Below are positions 60,621 through 64,000 of a stretch of DNA of 64,000 nucleotides, one piece after another. Position 1 is the stretch's first letter. Each line of letters begins with the position of its first letter. The notes beneath the pieces were generated by a model. It had not been told where the DNA came from. It ran no database searches and was given only the letters and a program-made list of their open reading frames with translations. Source of the stretch: Zancudomyces culisetae HAW-14-8 (lineage: Eukaryota; Fungi; Kickxellomycota); assembly GCA_052426225.1 (NCBI GenBank), contig JBNJNM010000006.1:1178001-1242000 (forward strand), in the 5' to 3' direction. The position numbers were made by a program, and so were the translations under genes.

Positions 60621-61874
60621 ATGAGAGTATTATCAAAGATTGTATTAGGAGCAACACTATCATTTTTTTGTGTTGAGGCGGGGTTTGGGTTAACATCCGA
60701 AGAGTTTAGTGGTTGCTATGAGGCACACAAAGATGATTCTGTATGGCCGAGCTACAATTTCCACAAGTGTATTCTCAAGCACAATAGGTTTAACCATACC
60801 TTGTCACAAAATATGGTCATCAAAAATTGTCAACGTTTCCGAGATGATTCTTTTTTGCCACAGCGTATATCTAACTACATTTCAGAAGCATTAAAGTTAA
60901 TTGAATAGTGTAGTTCAGAGACACAAAAGTTGATTCAATATCTGAATGAACTCTCTGATAGCGATAGTCAACCTATTGAGAATTTTAAAGTTGACAATAT
61001 CTACATGCATAGACTCGCTACAAAAATCGAAATAATAATGTATTACGAGTACTATTTCCTCAAAGATTCTGAATCTGCTTTGAAATACCGAAAAGAGAGT
61101 ACAGTATTAGTAAATAATATCAAAACCCTCATTATCCCAGCATCACAAAAAATTTCAGTGTTATTGGCGCAAATATCTTTGCAACGCTCAAAAAATCCTG
61201 AAAAATCACTGGCACTAGAGGGTACAGATATTCTTGTTACAGCTAGGAACGTAGTTACTAACCTATCTGATGCATTAGAGTTACTTCCTGAATTGTATTC
61301 AATCTTGGAAAATACGCGATCTGCCACTCTTGGCGACTTTGTTGCTCCTGCTCAACCATCAGGGAAAAGTGTTAGTGATGAGGACAAAACCCAAGCAATG
61401 TACAAGTGTATAAAAAAATCATTACTCAACAGCAATGCACTGACACCTTACAACTTTTGGATAGAGCAGGATAGTCCGCTTGGCTGGCACCTCGCTGCAA
61501 TGAGATCAACCCATGCTGAAGAGTACAGGAGAGTAAAATTGGCTAAAGAATATGGTCTTGAGCCGGAACGTACTATAATTGAGAAAAACTATAACTATAT
61601 AACAGACTACATTGAAAAAAAAGTAAAAAAAGTTTTTGGAATTACAAGAAACGATTACTTTGATGTTGTAAAGATTGAACAGGCCGCTGAAGATAAGCCC
61701 ACAATACTCTTAAACAATCTTAATGCCTATGATTCACAGCTTGAGTGGGTGGTGAACGAATATACTGATGAAGATCCTGACAAGTCAAAAGAGCTAATGG
61801 ATATTATTCACAAGGAGTTTGATGTTCTCACAGAGTATGGGATTCTTGCAGAAGCTCAGGTCATGTTTTCGTAG
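60621..61874 (+). pseudogene. Orphan secreted protein with a single in-frame TAG at 60906-60908
   Basis: Signal-like MRVLSKIVLGATLSFFCVEAG; the two ORFs share a frame and only one stop separates them. Confidence 0.65.
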
Positions 61875-63511
61875 ATTTAGAGAATATGGATTTACAAACC
61901 TTCATTGAATCGTCTTTACTAAATTTGGTTTACTATTTTAAAAAAATATTTACTATTGATGTCTGTATTAATTACACCATCGCTGTATATGGAATTACTA
62001 GGTTTAAACTGATTTTTATAGATTTAGTACTTTCATTGAATGCTACCATAGTTGATCAACTCCTAAAAACGAATATTCAATAAAGATATTCAATTAATAA
62101 AAAATATTGGTACATACAAATAATTATATCTTGGTGTTAGCATATTGTTTCAAGATTTCAGTACATTAAAAAACATAAAAATTTCCACTTTGAAAGAATT
62201 GATCCTTAGTCATTGTAAAGTGAGTTATCAGAGGAAAACTTATCAAAAAAATATTAATTAGAATAAGAAATATTTAAATGGAAATGAGTAGGTACTAAAT
62301 AAGTGCATGAGAAGAAATAATGTGGCGATTTCAATGCATCCCAGTCCAACCTAATGTAAAGTATTGAGATTTTACACTGTTATAATAAAATGAATTAAAA
62401 TAATAAAAATTAAACTAAATATTTCAGTTTGGATAATAGGGCCATCTATAACTAGTTTGAGCAGATTGTACCATACCTTAAAAATAACCGCTTTAATCTT
62501 CTATAAGATATCCTATCTTTCATATACAGTTTATAAATACATCAGCATATCAATCTCTAACATACTCAACTAAAATGACTGTGTTAACAACGTTACAGGA
62601 GTTAGGGATTTACAATTAACTGTAATAATTTAATTATTTTTTGAATCCAGCCATTTGTAATTAAAAGGATGTATGTACCGATTTTGAAATAAGATTTAAG
62701 GGCACTTGTGGTAGGATCAGATCGAATCTAAAAGTTGCAATTATTTTAGTAAAACTTCATGCTTGAATACAATTCTAGGTAATCATTCTTAGCTTTAATT
62801 AAAATCCTTTCATCTCGTAGATTATTTAAACAGTATTCTTCAGTTTACAGAACATCAAAAAATTAATTCTAGATAACAATAATATAGTAGTGACACTCGA
62901 AGTCTTTAGAAACAATAAAATTAGGTAATCTCAGCGAATAATTCTTGATGTTAACGGTAGGTTGTCATTAATCTAGTTAAAACAACTTCTTTAAAAGATT
63001 CTCTGCATATATAGAAATAGTTCGAGAGTAGGCTTTAACTTTATTAGTTGACACTACAAACAAACAACATTTAAAACTTTTCTTGTTTTATAATCTAGTA
63101 CAAAGGTTTATCTAATAATTAGTATTAAAAGAGACGATCTACCAAACACGCTGTAGAATGACAGTCAGTACATCATTAATGAGGTTATGCCTAGTGTTTT
63201 TATGTTTATGAGTAATATATTATTGTATGTTAAATAAATAGCAGGTCTGGGCTCATTTCAAAATGAATATCGTTATTCCTAGAGAATAAATCGACTAGAG
63301 TTATAGAAAAGCAACTACGCTGCCAAGTCCATAGTGCCAAATCCAATTTATCGGCATATCCATATAATAATGTGTCTTGAAGTTACTCAATCCATTCTGC
63401 AAAAAGTGTAAAAAGCACATCACTTTTTGAGATTACAACAAACAAACATTGAATTCCCTTTTAATTCTACAATCCAAATTAGAATAGAAAAAAGAAAAGA
63501 AACTCCCAAAA

Positions 63512-63928
63512 ATGATCAAGTCAGCGATTATCAACACCTTGGTACTCAGTTCAACTCTTGCTTTCAGTGTACAGAATACAAAAAATATAGATGTACAAGA
63601 ACCAGGTGAAAACAGTGCCTCAGACGCCAAGTTTAACAACATGAACTGTGAACCAAGAAGGTTGAACGTTCAATTGTTTTCAGGTCTTAAATGGACCAGA
63701 CATATAGGAACTTTTCTTCCCAGAGCAATCAAGTGCTACAATGAACTTAAATTTAAAACTTTCAAAATGGGTAGTGTAAAACCCAACAGTTATTACCTGA
63801 TGTATTTTAGTGAAGCTGATTGTCAAGGTAAATGTGCTCAGGTGTTTAGAATGGTTGAAAAACAATTTATTGTGGATGTTAGCCCAGTGGGTCGTTATGC
63901 ATTGTCCTACAAATGGGGTACCCTTTAA
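63512..63928 (+). CDS. Small secreted protein, family member 3 (divergent)
   Basis: Signal peptide; VQLF, KCYN..F, DCQGKC, SYKW. Confidence 0.8.
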   Translation: MIKSAIINTLVLSSTLAFSVQNTKNIDVQEPGENSASDAKFNNMNCEPRRLNVQLFSGLKWTRHIGTFLPRAIKCYNELKFKTFKMGSVKPNSYYLMYFSEADCQGKCAQVFRMVEKQFIVDVSPVGRYALSYKWGTL

Positions 63929-64000
63929 AATAAATAGTAAATGACTTTTTTACTAGTTATTGAATTTGACTTTAGAATTAATAGAATATCTAAATAAGAT

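Overview
Eukaryotic, AT-rich, intron-rich sequence. It is most likely from an early-diverging fungus; Kickxellomycotina/Harpellales is an inference from gene content and style and was not verified. Positions 1-20.5 kb are a nested transposon graveyard. It holds a Ty3/Gypsy chromovirus with a -1 frameshift pseudoknot and a Tf1-type self-priming site, plus an inverted partial duplicate sharing the same 139-bp disabling insertion. It also holds a second AT-rich Gypsy, two DD34E Tc1 elements and a truncated DIRS. A structurally complete DIRS-1-type element (ITRs, ICR, RT-RNaseH-MTase, YR) sits in an ATT target inside an RRM/zinc-knuckle ORF1. Next come a 1691-aa secreted protein with Cys modules and a Thr-Leu decapeptide repeat, then a housekeeping block: TAZ1, SWD1, MKT1, POT1-like, KTI12, an MGRN1-like RING ligase, ClpP, Ras, a septin, a coiled-coil protein and SCAMP. 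The secreted accessory genes are three paralogous small proteins (acidic propeptide, cationic crystallin-like domain), a GPI-anchored trypsin lacking all three catalytic residues, and an orphan with one in-frame TAG. The strongest candidates for undescribed biology are the small secreted family, the repeat protein and the pseudoprotease. All assignments come from motif recognition by eye; no database searches were run.
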